Source: an uncultured delta proteobacterium (GTDB lineage Bacteria > Desulfobacterota > WTBG01 > CAIYCZ01 > CAIRTM01). Taken from it: 64,000 bases of DNA. Shown piece after piece: positions 19,201 to 27,923 of this stretch (the stretch's first letter is position 1; the number at the start of each line of letters is the position of its first letter). A program made the translations under genes and the position numbers. Where the stretch lies: assembly GCA_903911225.1 (NCBI GenBank), contig CAIWCT010000309.1:145-64144 (forward strand). The letters are read 5' to 3'. A model generated the notes under the pieces. The model was not told the origin of the DNA, made no database searches, and saw only the letters and a program-made list of their open reading frames with translations.

Positions 19201-19627
19201 CAAGTAGTTCCTCATGAGTATAGCCCAGGTTTGTACATGCCTTCTGGTTGGCATCCAGTATCCTACCGGTTGAGTCGTTTATAATAATGGCGTCAGCCGC
19301 CTGATTCAGAATGTCTCGATACCGCTGCTCGCTCAGGCCCAGGGCTACCTGATTCCCCCGAACCTCGCGAAACATCCGAGTCATGAGAATGATACCTAGA
19401 AAAAAAAACAGCGAAATGATCAGCGTTAATATCTCTGCAGTGGCAAGCTCTCTGCCTGCCTCCATAAACTGTTCAATCGTGGCGGTGCGTCGCACAACGA
19501 TCAAAAGTGATGAAAGTGCAATAAGCAGCCACGGCAGCCTGCGGGGCGCGTGACGCACCTGTAACAAAGCGATAACGCCCGCTATAGCCTGTAGCAGGAT
19601 GCCTAAGATGTAAATAGTCGTGTTCAT
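16214..19627 (-). CDS. Membrane-anchored multi-PAS / PocR-domain sensor histidine kinase (3' end frameshifted)
   Basis: Two N-terminal TM helices, about 6-7 PAS/PAC repeats and a Cys-rich PocR-like segment (FCRLCEKIIRCTEKGRLNCIRSD...QPCLSGGLWD). H-box is SHDLKSP; N box is NLIDNAVKF. The G2 box is cut short. The ATG at 19627 (GGAGGGG RBS) is preferred to the TTG at 19681. Confidence 0.85.
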   Translation of the reverse strand: MNTTIYILGILLQAIAGVIALLQVRHAPRRLPWLLIALSSLLIVVRRTATIEQFMEAGRELATAEILTLIISLFFFLGIILMTRMFREVRGNQVALGLSEQRYRDILNQAADAIIINDSTGRILDANQKACTNLGYTHEELLASNIADIDPEAFRDGKPRLWDQVFAGEQINFEINQVRKDGSSFPAEMTVCLVRLPVGYAMLSIVRDITGRKQAESALCESEKRYRTLFQSMTQGAFYQAADGSLLDINPAGLRIFGLTWEEFYTRNSHCPAWRVIREDGSLLLPEEHPSMAAFRTGQPVHDLVCGLFNPQINDYIWLIANALPLFLPGENKPYQVFVTLHDITDRKRAEEALKDSEYLQKAILNSIPDLAWLKDVDGKYIAVNEAFAQWAGHPSENIAGKTDFEFSSPELATTYRTHDLEVLKSGQRSVFEEYMITRKGESIAMETIKTPLFNDIGTIIGTAGIARDITERKRLELALQKRLVALTSPLDKPEGIAFDDLFELPAIQRIQDEFAAATGVASLITQTDGTPITRPSNFCRLCEKIIRCTEKGRLNCIRSDAMIGRYNPEEPVIQPCLSGGLWDAGASISVGDRHIANWLIGQVRDETQTEDKMLDYARTIGADESDFIEAFREVPSMSQAQFRLVAQALFTLANQLSTAAYQNIQQARFITERRLADKAYRQATERLQLACRAGGIGIWELDIVNNKLIWDEQMLYLYGIEPDTFRGTYEAWHDGVHPDDLPRAESELQQAQSGEKEFDTEFRVVWPDGTIHNLRAHARVQRDESGRPTKLIGTNHDITKRKQTEDVLRKNKELLTEAQRLAAIGSWEYDYATKTGIWSENMPLVHDLDPAVTPRSGYWHFMEHKMLPENRQQCAEIMKAALEHGKECDLEYRFMHSDGSIRTIHSTTKVVRDTQGRPVRMIGTTQDITERKAAEQLLKQKQDELERFTYAVSHDLKSPMVTIQTFMGHLAKDLAGGITEQVAQDQVFITSAANNMNALLDELLKFSKVGRVTNPSVEATLQEMAQEAIGLVAGRIDKRGVRVQVTQEPVVLYGDRVRLVEVFQNLIDNAVKFMGEQSKPLIEIGTETKDGKTVCFVRDNGMGFDLRHKDKLFGLFEKLNPEMEGSGMGLALVKKL

Positions 19628-20055
19628 GCTGTTCACCCCTCCGGCCCGGCCAAGGAGACAAGGCCTTGTTTTGATCTTCAATCATGAATGTTTTTACCCA
19701 AAACTCAAGGCAGGTTTAAAACAAGATCCAATGCCCCTACGTTGTAAACCTCACCGTTTTTCACGCTGAACCCTAAAACCCGCCCCCTGAATTTTAGATT
19801 ATTTTTTGAACTTTGGACTTTGCAATTGAATCAGTTAAGTACGATAAATATATAAATACCTATAAAGATTTTAATAGCACAATCTTGATAGATTCAAGTC
19901 GATTTTATTCGAGTTTTTAAATAAATATATTTCTTCTGCTTGGTTTTAAAGATGGTGAGGACACCATCAACCGCAAAAAAGAAAGTTATAATATTATCTT
20001 ACGTTGGGTTCACTGTGTAACGGGGTTAGGGGGTGGGGCTATATTTGCGAGTCGG

Positions 20056-20242
20056 GTTATCTCCAAAGCTGAAGTTGAATGCGGTAGCAATTCCCTTGCG
20101 CTATCTGGATTCCCGCGTGTGCTGGATGACAATTTTTTTCAGTGTATTTTCTCTCAAGCTGTCATCCACGCGAAGCATGTCTTCGGCCTGATCGGGGAGC
20201 GAGGATCCGGATTTCGGGGTAACTTTAGCTTTGGAGATAAAC
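20056..20242. repeat. MITE-like long imperfect palindrome with about 20-bp terminal inverted repeats
   Basis: GTTATCTCCAAAGCTGAAGTT (20056-20076) pairs with AACTTTAGCTTTGGAGATAAAC (20221-20242). An inner hairpin is GGATGACA...TGTCATCC. It contains the degenerate REP core CTGGATTCCCGC. The 63-aa ORF inside it is probably spurious. Confidence 0.6.
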
Positions 20243-20343
20243 ATCTTTGCGGATTATGCATCTCAGGGGAACAAATTTTATACCCCGGGGCAGGACAGGA
20301 TCCATTTTGAAAGCCTATATCCGATATTAAAAATCTTATATGC

Positions 20344-21399
20344 CTAATAAATCACAGTTTTAACCGGCCATTTTTTTGATATGCCAAGTTTCCCATCATA
20401 GGAAACAAGAAGAGCAGACGTTCCCGGCAGGCTGTCTATCAACCTCATGCCGTTCACCGGACCAAGCACAAAAAGTGTGGTTGAAAGCAAGTCGCTCTCA
20501 AGGCCGGAGGCTGCAACTACAGATACCGACTGCATGCGATCTACTGGTTTTCCCGTGTGGGGGTCGATGATATGACCTTTTCGTTTTCCATTTTTCATAT
20601 AAAAACGTTCATAATCTCCAGAGGTGGAAATCGAGGCATCACAGAGGGGCACAAAGGTCATAAAATCATCTTCTTTGCGGGGATGGCGTACTGCAACTTT
20701 CCATTGGCTGCCATCGGCTTTTTTGCCTATGGCGTTAATTGTGCCTCCAGCAGCAACAAGCGCATTGTTTATGCCGTATTTTTTCAGCACGGCTATTGCC
20801 TTGTCTGCGCAGTAGCCTTTTGAAAAAGAACCCACATCAACCCACATGCCTTTTTTTGCAAGACGTGCTGTGCCGGGGCCGCCTTGCATATCCTGCAGCA
20901 CCTGAAGCGATTGGTAATCAACAAGCTGTCTGGCTTTCTGAATTTCATGAGAGTCTGGCCCGGCGCCTTTCATGGAAGGAATTTCCTGCGTAAAACCCCA
21001 GAGTCGAACAAGGGGGCCGATGGTAATATCAAGTGCCCCGCCGGACAATTTACAAAATTTCAAAGCTGTTTGCAAAGCCTCAACTGTCTCAGGGCTTATA
21101 GTAACCGCATTGCCCCCGGCATTATTGTTAATCTGCGAAATTTCACTTGCCGGGTCATAATTGTTCAGCAGGCTGTTGACTCGCTCCATTTCATTAAAAG
21201 CCGCATCAATAGCAGCGCTTGCATTATCGCCATAGGCTTTAATTTCAACATACGTGTGCAGCATCTGCCGCTGCTGAGTAACAAGTGTTGCATTATCGGC
21301 ACAACACAGATTGCAGCAAACAAAACTTAAAATTAAACTTAAAAAAAACATGTAAATATTTAATTTATCTTCTAAAAAATATGCGCCAACAACTTTCAT
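20344..21399 (-). CDS. apbE: FAD:protein FMN transferase (ApbE family lipoprotein)
   Basis: ApbE pattern (FSKGYCADKA, ISTSGDYERF, HIIDPHTGKP). A GGGAGG RBS precedes the ATG at 21399. The signal/lipobox-like segment LSFVCCNLCCAD starts at residue 17. Confidence 0.85.
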   Translation of the reverse strand: MKVVGAYFLEDKLNIYMFFLSLILSFVCCNLCCADNATLVTQQRQMLHTYVEIKAYGDNASAAIDAAFNEMERVNSLLNNYDPASEISQINNNAGGNAVTISPETVEALQTALKFCKLSGGALDITIGPLVRLWGFTQEIPSMKGAGPDSHEIQKARQLVDYQSLQVLQDMQGGPGTARLAKKGMWVDVGSFSKGYCADKAIAVLKKYGINNALVAAGGTINAIGKKADGSQWKVAVRHPRKEDDFMTFVPLCDASISTSGDYERFYMKNGKRKGHIIDPHTGKPVDRMQSVSVVAASGLESDLLSTTLFVLGPVNGMRLIDSLPGTSALLVSYDGKLGISKKWPVKTVIY

Positions 21400-21493
21400 T
21401 CATCCTCCCTTGCCGTAACAATTTCTTTTGTACGTCCATTAAAATATGTTATGTTGATTTACTATCATAAATCCCCTGAGGTAGAAAGAACAA

Positions 21494-22207
21494 ATGGCCG
21501 GAACCTATTTTGTTGCAGATATTCATCTGTGCAGCAACAACCGCCATCAACAGCGGCTGTTTAACGCATTTCTTGATCATGTGCTTAACCACAACGGCAG
21601 TTTATATATCATCGGCGATCTTTTTGATTTCTGGGCCAATAATAAAAATGTATATGCTGCCAACTCATGGGTCTTTGAAAAATTACAGCTGCTCTGCAGC
21701 AAGGGATGCACGGTAGGCCTTCTTATCGGAAACCGTGATTTTCTGCTGCGAAAAAAAATGGTCGGGAGCTACGGCATACACTATCTTGGTGAAGAGGCAA
21801 AAGTTGCTATTGACGGAAAACAGTTTTTTCTTGCCCACGGCCATACACTGTGTTTATCAGATACACAGTTCCTGCAATACAGGGCCCGAATGTGGCCTTT
21901 GTTTAAAATGGCCGACAGAATACTTCCTGGATGTATCGAAAATTATCTTGCCGATAAATTCATGCTGCAAAGCAAAAAAGTAATACAAGCTCAAGATCCC
22001 TCCCGTTTCCGTTTTACACGCAACGCTATAGAAAATAAATTCAATAATGGAATCGATTATGTCATCTGCGGCCATACGCATCAACCGGAAACTTTTCAAT
22101 CCGGAGAACATATCTTTCATGCTCTGCCGGCATGGGATGAAAAATCAGGATATTATCTACTCTATGAGCATGATGTATGTACATTGAAAAACTTTACACC
22201 TGCGTGA
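21494..22207 (+). CDS. lpxH: UDP-2,3-diacylglucosamine diphosphatase
   Basis: Calcineurin-like metallophosphoesterase with the LpxH pattern: FVADIHL, IIGDLFDFW, GNRDFLL, AHGH, CGHTH. Confidence 0.85.
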   Translation: MAGTYFVADIHLCSNNRHQQRLFNAFLDHVLNHNGSLYIIGDLFDFWANNKNVYAANSWVFEKLQLLCSKGCTVGLLIGNRDFLLRKKMVGSYGIHYLGEEAKVAIDGKQFFLAHGHTLCLSDTQFLQYRARMWPLFKMADRILPGCIENYLADKFMLQSKKVIQAQDPSRFRFTRNAIENKFNNGIDYVICGHTHQPETFQSGEHIFHALPAWDEKSGYYLLYEHDVCTLKNFTPA

Positions 22208-22282
22208 AAACTTCATGTTGAATTTGTGTTCGTCGTAGAGAACGTTCGCGACAGTTTACTATAAAATATAGAGGCTAAAGAA

Positions 22283-23095
22283 ATGAATTTCACATTAAAA
22301 AACAATCTTGAGTTTGCACAATTCAACAACCTGTCTGGCTTTCCTGAACTTTTTCATGGCGTAGCTACGCGAGCAGGCGGTGTTAGCCCTGAACCTTTCA
22401 GCAGTCTGAATCTTGGCAATAATACGGGAGATAGTGAAGCCCATGTGCAGACAAATTACGAGCTGTTGTGCCGAGCCCTGGACTTTGATCTTCAAACGGT
22501 CGTCAGTTCACATCAGGTGCACGGAACAGAAATAGCAATTATCAATACAGCACCGGCCAGGTCAATGCCCTTCCCTGCCGCCCATGTCCTTGATGGCTAT
22601 GACGGATTTATAACCTCCGTGCCAAACATACCGTTGCTGGTTCGAGTTGCTGATTGCGTGCCTGTTATTTTTTATGAACCGGACAGTAAGGTGCTTGCCG
22701 TCGTACATGCGGGCTGGAAGGGAACAGCTGGCGGCATTACTGCTAAGGCAGCCGGGCTTATGGCACAACACTACCAGTGCGATACAAAAAATATTCGGGC
22801 TGGCATCGGCCCGTCCATAGGCCCCTGCTGCTATGAGGTACGGCAGGATGTGGCTGAATGCTTTCAAAAAACGATGGGAAACAAGCGTTTCCTTATGCCG
22901 GAAACAGAAGAAAACTTATTTTCTCTCGATCTGCCTGAAGCCAACAGGCATCAGCTTATTGAGTCAGGCCTTGCGCCCGAGAACATCGAGATGTCATGGC
23001 TGTGCACGGCCTGCAATTCAAACCTCTTCTTTTCTCACCGTGGAGAAAAGGGAAAAACGGGAAGGTTTGCTCTTGTTGCGGGCCTTCGCAGTTGA
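22283..23095 (+). CDS. pgeF: Peptidoglycan editing factor PgeF (YfiH/laccase-domain family)
   Basis: SHQVHG, VRVADCVPV, VHAGWKGT and GPCCYEV motifs. Confidence 0.85.
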   Translation: MNFTLKNNLEFAQFNNLSGFPELFHGVATRAGGVSPEPFSSLNLGNNTGDSEAHVQTNYELLCRALDFDLQTVVSSHQVHGTEIAIINTAPARSMPFPAAHVLDGYDGFITSVPNIPLLVRVADCVPVIFYEPDSKVLAVVHAGWKGTAGGITAKAAGLMAQHYQCDTKNIRAGIGPSIGPCCYEVRQDVAECFQKTMGNKRFLMPETEENLFSLDLPEANRHQLIESGLAPENIEMSWLCTACNSNLFFSHRGEKGKTGRFALVAGLRS

Positions 23096-24730
23096 GATAA
23101 CGCGATTGAGCACAGCGCTTATCCTTGGCCTCACCTTTATAATAGTATCCACCTGCGCTAGACGTGCTACTTTTTTCGGATAATCGATCGTATAATGCAG
23201 CCCTCTGCTTTCTTTTCGCCTGAGCGCGGAAGCAATAATAATGCCTGCCACTGTTGCAATGTTTCGAAGCTCAATCAAATCCGAAGTTATGATGGAATTC
23301 CAGTAATATTCCGTTATTTCCTTCTGCAGCATCTGAATCCTGGCCCATGCCCGCTCAAGCCGTTTGTTTGTGCGCACTATGCCTACATAATTCCACATGA
23401 GCCGCCGAATTTCATCCCAATTATGGGAAATAACAACCAAATCTTCAATATCAAGAGCATTGCCTGAGTCCCAGGGGGGGATAGCTACCTTGGGATAATT
23501 GCGCCGGTGAACCTGCTGTATGGATTTAATTGCAGCACGATGTGAGAAAACGAGCGCTTCCAGAAGCGAATTGCTCGCCAGGCGATTTGCTCCGTGCAGT
23601 CCCGTACAGGCAACTTCGCCAGAGGCAAAAAGGCCGGTAATATTGGTTTCGCCGTAATCATCCGTAAGGACGCCGCCGCATATGTAATGAGCCGCAGGCA
23701 CAACGGGAATAGGCTGAGAGGTCATATCAAGTCCAAAGCTCAGGCATTTCTTATACAGATTCGGAAAACGGCTCTTTATAAAGCTTGAACGGCGATGGCT
23801 GATATCGAGATATACGCAGTTATCGCCACTTTTTTTCAGCTCTGCATCAATTGCACGGGCCACAATATCTCGAGGGGCAAGATCCTTGAGCTCATGATAT
23901 TTTGCCATGAAAGGGGTGCCATCACGCAAACGCAGTATAGCCCCTTCGCCCCTGACTGCCTCTGAAATGAGAAAATTTTTGGCATCTGCATGGTACAGGC
24001 AGGTTGGATGAAACTGTATAAACTCCATGTTTGCAATTCGTGCTCCTGCACGATAGGCTGCTGCAAGGCCGTCACCAGTTGAAATATCAGGGTTTGTCGT
24101 GTACAGATACGTCTTACCAGCACCTCCTGTTGCCAGAAGCGTTACCTTGGAAACAAAGGTGAGCACCTTGCCCGTAGCACGATCAAGTACATAGGCCCCA
24201 TAGCATATATTTTTTGAGATATTTTTTTGTCCAAGTTTTTTTGCAGTAATGAGGTCAATACATATATGATCTTCATATATTTTAATTCCAGGATTTTCAT
24301 TAACTTTCTGAACCAGAATTTTTTCAATTTCCTGGCCGGTAAGGTCTTTTACATGAAGTATCCTCCGACGGGAATGGCCGCCTTCCCTTCCAAGGTCGAA
24401 TTCCGAAGTTTTATTTTTTTTTCTGCGTGAAAAAGGCACCCCCCAGTTGACTAAATCACGGACTCGTTCAGGCCCTTCAGTGACAACAATACGCACTATA
24501 TCAGTCTTGCATAAACCATCTCCTGCTGTTATAGTGTCGATAAAATGCAGATCAGGGGTATCATCTGCGTCAACCACCGCGGCAATGCCCCCTTGAGCAT
24601 AATTGGTGTTGGACTCCTTCTTATCTTTTTTTGTGATGATGGCAACGCTTCCGTAGGCACAAATTTTAAGTGCATAACTGAGCCCGGCAATGCCTGATCC
24701 GATGATAAGAAAATCCGCTTTAATATCCAT
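23018..24730 (-). CDS. nadB: L-aspartate oxidase
   Basis: FAD fold (IIGSGIAGLS), HPT, GEVACTGLHGANRLASNSLLE and ESRGLHYTIDYP. The C-terminal tail is about 25 aa longer than E. coli NadB and overlaps the pgeF 3' end by 78 nt. Confidence 0.95.
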   Translation of the reverse strand: MDIKADFLIIGSGIAGLSYALKICAYGSVAIITKKDKKESNTNYAQGGIAAVVDADDTPDLHFIDTITAGDGLCKTDIVRIVVTEGPERVRDLVNWGVPFSRRKKNKTSEFDLGREGGHSRRRILHVKDLTGQEIEKILVQKVNENPGIKIYEDHICIDLITAKKLGQKNISKNICYGAYVLDRATGKVLTFVSKVTLLATGGAGKTYLYTTNPDISTGDGLAAAYRAGARIANMEFIQFHPTCLYHADAKNFLISEAVRGEGAILRLRDGTPFMAKYHELKDLAPRDIVARAIDAELKKSGDNCVYLDISHRRSSFIKSRFPNLYKKCLSFGLDMTSQPIPVVPAAHYICGGVLTDDYGETNITGLFASGEVACTGLHGANRLASNSLLEALVFSHRAAIKSIQQVHRRNYPKVAIPPWDSGNALDIEDLVVISHNWDEIRRLMWNYVGIVRTNKRLERAWARIQMLQKEITEYYWNSIITSDLIELRNIATVAGIIIASALRRKESRGLHYTIDYPKKVARLAQVDTIIKVRPRISAVLNRVISTAKARNKSKPSRFSLFSTVRKEEV

Positions 24731-24986
24731 TGTTGTACCCCGATGAAATGAGAGATCCAGCCTCGTTTTTAGTATGGTGCCTGAATGGAAAAGCGCAGGT
24801 TCGATATATTTTTTTAAGACTGGTCAAGAATATAGACATTTCGTCCTTCAAACAAATCCATATAACAAACAGGTCAGAGTGCTACGTCACACGCAAAAGA
24901 TAGAACCAAAATAAATTAACTAACCTGCTGTCACTCTAGCTTGAATATATACTTCCGTAAAAAAAAAACAATAGGTAATAATTTAT

Positions 24987-25988
24987 ATGATCATTCTGGG
25001 GATTGAAACTTCATGTGATGAGACAGCTGCAGCCATTGTCAGCAATGGCAGTGAAATACTTTCAAACGTTATTTCCACGCAAGTCGATTATCATAAAAAA
25101 TACGGGGGCATTGTTCCGGAAATTGCATCGCGCAAGCATCAGGAAAACATTATTCCTGTAGTTCGTGAGGCTCTGGATAGAGCGCATATGCAGCTTCAAG
25201 ATATTCAGGGTATTGCCGTTACACAGGGGCCCGGCCTGATTGGCTCACTGCTTGTCGGCGTCAATGCGGCTAAAGCAATCGCCTATGCCCGCAGCATTCC
25301 GCTGGTTGGCATAAATCATCTTGAGGGGCATATGCTTGCCCCGCATCTGGAATGTGATATTCCGCTGCCCAACATTACGCTTGTCGTCTCAGGCGGGCAC
25401 ACCAATATCTATTATATGGAAAAGGTCGGCTCATACAGGCTTCTGGGAAAAACGCGGGATGATGCTGCAGGCGAGGCCTATGATAAGGTCGCCAAACTTT
25501 TGGGACTTGGTTATCCCGGCGGAGTAGTAATCGACCGGCTTGCACAAAACGGCAACCCTGCGGCTTTTTCTTTTCCCCGACCCATGATGCATGACGCCAG
25601 CTGTGATTTCAGCTTTAGCGGCCTGAAAACCGCAGTACTGTATTGTGTGAAAAATAATTTTCCTGATGGCGTGCCTGAAAATGTTTTACCTGATCTTGCC
25701 GCAAGTTTTCAGCAGGCTGTTGTCGACTCCATCGTTGAAAAAACTTTGCAGGCTTGCATCGTTTGCAAAGTTAGTGCAGTGGCTCTGACTGGCGGTGTTG
25801 CTGCCAATTCCCGGCTTAGATTGCATATGCAGCAGCGTGCACAAGAAAGAAAAATTTCCCTCTACTTGACATCTACCATTCTCTGCACTGATAATGCTGC
25901 AATGATAGCCAAGGCAGGATCTTTTAAACTTGCCCATGATCTGCCGTTCCCCTATGAAATGAATGCGATATCACGATGGCCGCTTTAA
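24987..25988 (+). CDS. tsaD: tRNA N6-adenosine threonylcarbamoyltransferase
   Basis: ILGIETSCDETAAAIV, NHLEGH, VSGGHT and GGVAAN motifs. Confidence 0.95.
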   Translation: MIILGIETSCDETAAAIVSNGSEILSNVISTQVDYHKKYGGIVPEIASRKHQENIIPVVREALDRAHMQLQDIQGIAVTQGPGLIGSLLVGVNAAKAIAYARSIPLVGINHLEGHMLAPHLECDIPLPNITLVVSGGHTNIYYMEKVGSYRLLGKTRDDAAGEAYDKVAKLLGLGYPGGVVIDRLAQNGNPAAFSFPRPMMHDASCDFSFSGLKTAVLYCVKNNFPDGVPENVLPDLAASFQQAVVDSIVEKTLQACIVCKVSAVALTGGVAANSRLRLHMQQRAQERKISLYLTSTILCTDNAAMIAKAGSFKLAHDLPFPYEMNAISRWPL

Positions 25989-26055
25989 AACTAATCCTTC
26001 TTGACAATTGTTATATTTGATGCTGTATTAAAATAAGGGAAATTATTGGTGAATC

Positions 26056-26064
26056 TGTTATAAT
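26056..26064 (+). promoter_or_regulatory. Extended -10 promoter element (TGnTATAAT) upstream of the PilZ gene
   Basis: TGTTATAAT at 26056-26064, 42 nt before the ATG at 26107. Confidence 0.45.
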
Positions 26065-26106
26065 CATGTCTAATTATAATTCGTGTAATTTTAGCAGGGG
26101 GCACAA

Positions 26107-26499
26107 ATGTCTGATAGTCAAAAGACCAAAAGCGAGCTTATAGCCGAGCTGATTGATCTCCGAAAGGGCATTGAAGCGCTGAAGAAACAAAACGATAGCG
26201 TCGGTGTGAAAAAAACGGCTCCATCAAAAAAAGCAAAATCCCGTGAAAACCGCTTGCCGATTAAAGCCGATATTGAGTTTATCGGGGTCTTTGATCTAGT
26301 CAAAGCACAGGCAATAAATGTATCAGAAGGCGGCATTAGTTTAAAAATATCAAACAATCTGCCTTTTGAGATGCGCTACAAGCTTAAGAAAAAAATAATC
26401 AGCCGCACAGCCCATCTTGTTTGGGTTAAACATACAGAAAACGGGGGCTACAACTTTGGTTTTAAATTTGTTAAGGGGGAGTCATTTCCTAATTTTTGA
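26107..26499 (+). CDS. PilZ domain protein with N-terminal coiled-coil
   Basis: NVSEGGIS matches D/NxSxxG. The upstream Arg motif is SRENRLP (RxxR rather than the canonical RxxxR). Confidence 0.65.
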   Translation: MSDSQKTKSELIAELIDLRKGIEALKKQNDSVGVKKTAPSKKAKSRENRLPIKADIEFIGVFDLVKAQAINVSEGGISLKISNNLPFEMRYKLKKKIISRTAHLVWVKHTENGGYNFGFKFVKGESFPNF

Positions 26500-26585
26500 T
26501 AAACTAAAAAGCTTGAGCACTGCAAATAACCCCATGAATACCACCGGAAAATCGTCTTGCCAGGCAATTAAAACTATCGTTTATT

Positions 26586-26614
26586 TTGACATATTCTGAA
26601 GGCTGCTGCATATT
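26586..26614 (+). promoter_or_regulatory. Candidate sigma70 promoter for the rRNA methyltransferase/radical-SAM pair
   Basis: TTGACA (26586-26591), a 17-nt spacer, then CATATT (26609-26614). Confidence 0.35.
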
Positions 26615-26650
26615 TTTTTCAAGTGTTGATTCTTCAAAGTAAGCGCTGTC

Positions 26651-27910
26651 ATGTCTGAAAAAACTTCCACAAAAAACGAACAATCTCTGACCCTGACGAT
26701 TGATAAGCTCGTCTATGGCGGAGCAGGGCTTGCCCGGGCTGAAGGCCAAACATGCTTCATTGATGGCGTCATACCCGGAGAAACAATACGTGCCCATGTT
26801 GATGAGATTCGAAATCATTTTTTAAGAGCATCTCTTTGCGATATTCTTGAAGCATCGGATGCAAGAGTAGACCCTCCATGCCCGCTTGCCAGCCTGTGCG
26901 GCGGATGTCAGTGGCAGCACATCAACTATGCTCAGCAGCTTGACTTTAAAGCAGCAATTTTACATGACTGTCTTGTTCGCATCGGTAAAATTCATGATTG
27001 CGAGGCAGCCTATCCTTTAGCTTCGCCCTTACAAACCCGCTACCGAAGCCGCGCCTCCATCAAGATTGCCGGACGGATGAAATCCCATATGGGGTTTTAT
27101 CAAAAAAAAACCCATACTATAGTTCAGATAAACGACTGCCTTCTTCTTGAGCCGACACTGATACAAGCTTTAAAATTATGCCGAAATCTTCTGAAGGACA
27201 CCCAGCATAAATCTTCCGGTTTTGCAGAGCTGCAGCTTCTTGCAGTGGACAATACACCAACAGTGCTGGCGTTGTGGCAAGACCAAAAAAACAATGGGAA
27301 AAAGAAAATTGTTCTTAATGTTACTTCTGGCGAAATAGAAACACAGCATTCTTCTGCTGTTGAGTTGATTGCAGGACTAAAGTTTTTCAGAGACACTGAA
27401 AATTTTTACCAGGTCAACAGGCGGCAAAACCATGCAATGATAGCGCAAGTTTTGACATTTATGGAAGCAGTTATCGAAGGCGCGATTCTCGACTTGTTTT
27501 GCGGCTGCGGAAATTTCAGTCTTTTTCTGGCAGAAAAAGGTGCGAAAATAACCGGCATTGATTCAAATAAAATGGCCATCAATGAAGCCCGCAACAATGC
27601 CCGCATGAACGAAATAGACGGCTGCCATTTTCACACAGACAATATTAACAATCTTCAAAAAAGCTCTTTAGCTCAAAAATATGACGGGATTCTTATCAAT
27701 CCGCCCAGAAGCGGATGCCAGGCGCACACACTTCACCTGCTTGTAGAAACGAACCCTTCTGTCATAGTCTATGTTTCATGTGATCCCTCTACACTGGCAC
27801 GCGATTTGCGTATTCTTCTCGATAAAGGTTACAGGATTGATGCCATTCAGCCCTTTGATATGTTCCCTCATACCTATCATATTGAAACAATCGTTAAACT
27901 ATCCAGGTAA
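26651..27910 (+). CDS. TRAM-domain RNA (uracil-5-)-methyltransferase (RumA/RlmD/TrmA family)
   Basis: N-terminal TRAM-like barrel, Fe-S Cys cluster (CPLASLCGGCQW), SAM-binding DLFCGCGNF and a C-terminal catalytic Cys context (YVSCDP). Confidence 0.8.
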   Translation: MSEKTSTKNEQSLTLTIDKLVYGGAGLARAEGQTCFIDGVIPGETIRAHVDEIRNHFLRASLCDILEASDARVDPPCPLASLCGGCQWQHINYAQQLDFKAAILHDCLVRIGKIHDCEAAYPLASPLQTRYRSRASIKIAGRMKSHMGFYQKKTHTIVQINDCLLLEPTLIQALKLCRNLLKDTQHKSSGFAELQLLAVDNTPTVLALWQDQKNNGKKKIVLNVTSGEIETQHSSAVELIAGLKFFRDTENFYQVNRRQNHAMIAQVLTFMEAVIEGAILDLFCGCGNFSLFLAEKGAKITGIDSNKMAINEARNNARMNEIDGCHFHTDNINNLQKSSLAQKYDGILINPPRSGCQAHTLHLLVETNPSVIVYVSCDPSTLARDLRILLDKGYRIDAIQPFDMFPHTYHIETIVKLSR

Positions 27911-27923
27911 CTTGTGAGGGTTT

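Noticed and set aside
20119-20310. 63-aa ORF (MLDDNFFQC...SGFRGNFSFGDKH...).
   Set aside because: It lies inside the palindromic MITE-like element. The 'GFRGN'-type peptide is the usual artefact of translating REP-like GGATTCC/GGAATGAC repeats.
23018-23095. 78-nt convergent overlap of the nadB and pgeF 3' ends as a sign of a frameshift or mis-called stop.
   Set aside because: Both proteins are complete through their conserved C-terminal motifs. nadB simply has a roughly 25-aa non-conserved tail. Smaller convergent overlaps also occur at ftsY/permease (15 nt) and htrA/rluB (22 nt), so this seems to be a genome habit.
26504-26818. 104-aa minus-strand ORF between the PilZ gene and the methyltransferase gene.
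   Set aside because: It overlaps the well-supported start of the methyltransferase gene and its candidate promoter. It has no RBS or motif.
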